Source of the DNA: Vitrella brassicaformis CCMP3155
Taxonomy: Eukaryota > Protista > Chromerida
DNA length: 64,000 bases
Assembly (NCBI GenBank): GCA_001179505.1
Contig: CDMY01000268.1
Location: forward strand, 77,841 to 141,840
Direction of reading: 5' to 3'
Shown: one piece after another, positions 62,900 to 64,000 of the stretch
Numbering within the stretch: the first letter of the stretch is position 1
Layout: each line of letters starts with the position of its first letter
Position numbers and translations under genes: made by a program
Notes under the pieces: generated by a model
Database searches by the model: none
What the model saw: the letters and a program-made list of their open reading frames with translations, nothing else
Told to the model about the DNA's origin: nothing

Positions 62900-64000
62900 C
62901 TCCTCCTTTTCGGATGAGGGAGCGTGTATCGGACTACCCCAACCCCCCCAGTGACCCTCATCCCGCGAGACGGCGGCGGGCCCCCCTGTTGCGCATGCAA
63001 CGCGAAAGGGACGTCTGCGCTGTCCTCATGCAGCCGGAAGTGTGACTGCCGGAAGCACAAGCGCCTCTGCACTAACTGTGTCAATTGCAAGCGCGGCACG
63101 TGCACGAATTTTGCGTATCCCGCGGGCCCGGCCGTTTGCAATGATGATGATGATGAATCGGATGCCGTCTCCCCCTCTGCTGGCCCTGCCGTGCCCTCCA
63201 CGGCTTCCTTTGTCGATGAGAAGATGCGTGAGGCCTTCGGCGAGCCCCTCGTCAACTCCGCCGGTGGACCGACTTTCCCTGAGTGGGAGGCATATCACGA
63301 GCGGGTCTGCCAGCTTCGACTGCGGTGCGTGAAGGATCTCAGCAAGCTTGGCAACCTTGGTCGCGCCATCGCCGATGCCATCGCTGATGAGGTGGAGAAG
63401 ATCTCCAAGTTCGAGGCCGTCCGAGCGGGCTGGCGTCTTCGTCCGCACACTCATCCAGCGAGATCCGGATGTCAAGAGGAAGCGCGATGTCAAGCGGATG
63501 CTCTGGAGGCGGCTGGAGATGTGGCAGAAGGGGCAGGTGGAGGAGCTTGTGTGCGAGGCGAAGCGACTGGACCAGCAGTTCTCCACCGCTCAGCCTCAGC
63601 TGGACGACGCGTCGGTCTATCGCATCTTCAACAAGCTCATGCTCGAGGGCAAGATCCGGGCGGCCGTCCGCTTCGTCACCGAGAGGGGCGGCGGGGGGTC
63701 CTCCACCCATCTGCTCAGGCCGAGAAGCGCCCCCCGGGGGTCACGGTGCTCGATGTCCTTCGCAAGAAGCACCCACCATAGTAGCAGCCGCATGAGGAAG
63801 CCTTCCTTTCGTGTGACGACCTTCCTCCCCTCATTGACGTGAACATCACGGACTCGACCGTGAAGCGAGCGGTACGGTGCCTCAGTGGGAGCGCTGGACC
63901 GACCGGTGGCGATGCGAACTTCTGGCAGACCTTCCTCCTTCGATACGGTGCCAAGAGCGGCCGCCTCCGCGCGGCTGTGGCCTCGCTCGTCTCTACCCTG
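62900..64000 (+). mobile_element. CRE-like non-LTR retrotransposon, degenerate 5' half, runs off the window end
   Basis: Cys-rich N-terminus; RRLEMWQKGQVEELVCEA; LMLEGKIRAAVRFVT; VLDVLRKKHP; pre-RT LSGSAGPTGGDANFWQTFLLRYGAKSGRLRAAVASL. Frameshifts near 63420 and 63695, and TAG at 63779-63781. Confidence 0.8.

Overview
Intron-dense eukaryotic DNA. The (CA)n/(AG)n/(CT)n/(GT)n-filled introns and the gene families present suggest the chromerid Vitrella brassicaformis (inference, not verified). 1-21217 is the 3' part of one giant fibronectin type III (FN3) repeat gene with roughly 100 short introns by manual count. 21.8-46.8 kb is a tandem-duplicated TLDc cluster. Manual splicing shows three paralogous minus-strand genes in which a CENP-B/pogo-type double-HTH DNA-binding exon (no DDE domain) is joined through a disordered linker of phase-0 exons to two C-terminal TLDc domains. 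A head-to-head plus-strand gene joins a C3HC4 RING finger (split over three small exons) to one TLDc domain. Interspersed are a duplicated low-complexity gene, two pseudogenes and transposon-like repeats. 47.8-60 kb holds a C-type lectin/mucin/TM protein gene, a duplicated ~220 bp cassette ending exactly at an ATG, a lineage-specific family gene, a 5'-truncated multi-pass membrane gene and a degenerate GT-like fragment. 60.2-64 kb holds scrambled TLDc fragments fused to the 3' half of a CRE-like non-LTR retrotransposon, back-to-back with a 5' half in the opposite orientation. Two compositional patterns stand out: a self-complementary microsatellite order in introns (AC, AG ... CT, GT), and a C-rich 5' half / G-rich 3' half within long exons. 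All domain calls are by motif recognition only and exon boundaries are manual; no database search was run.
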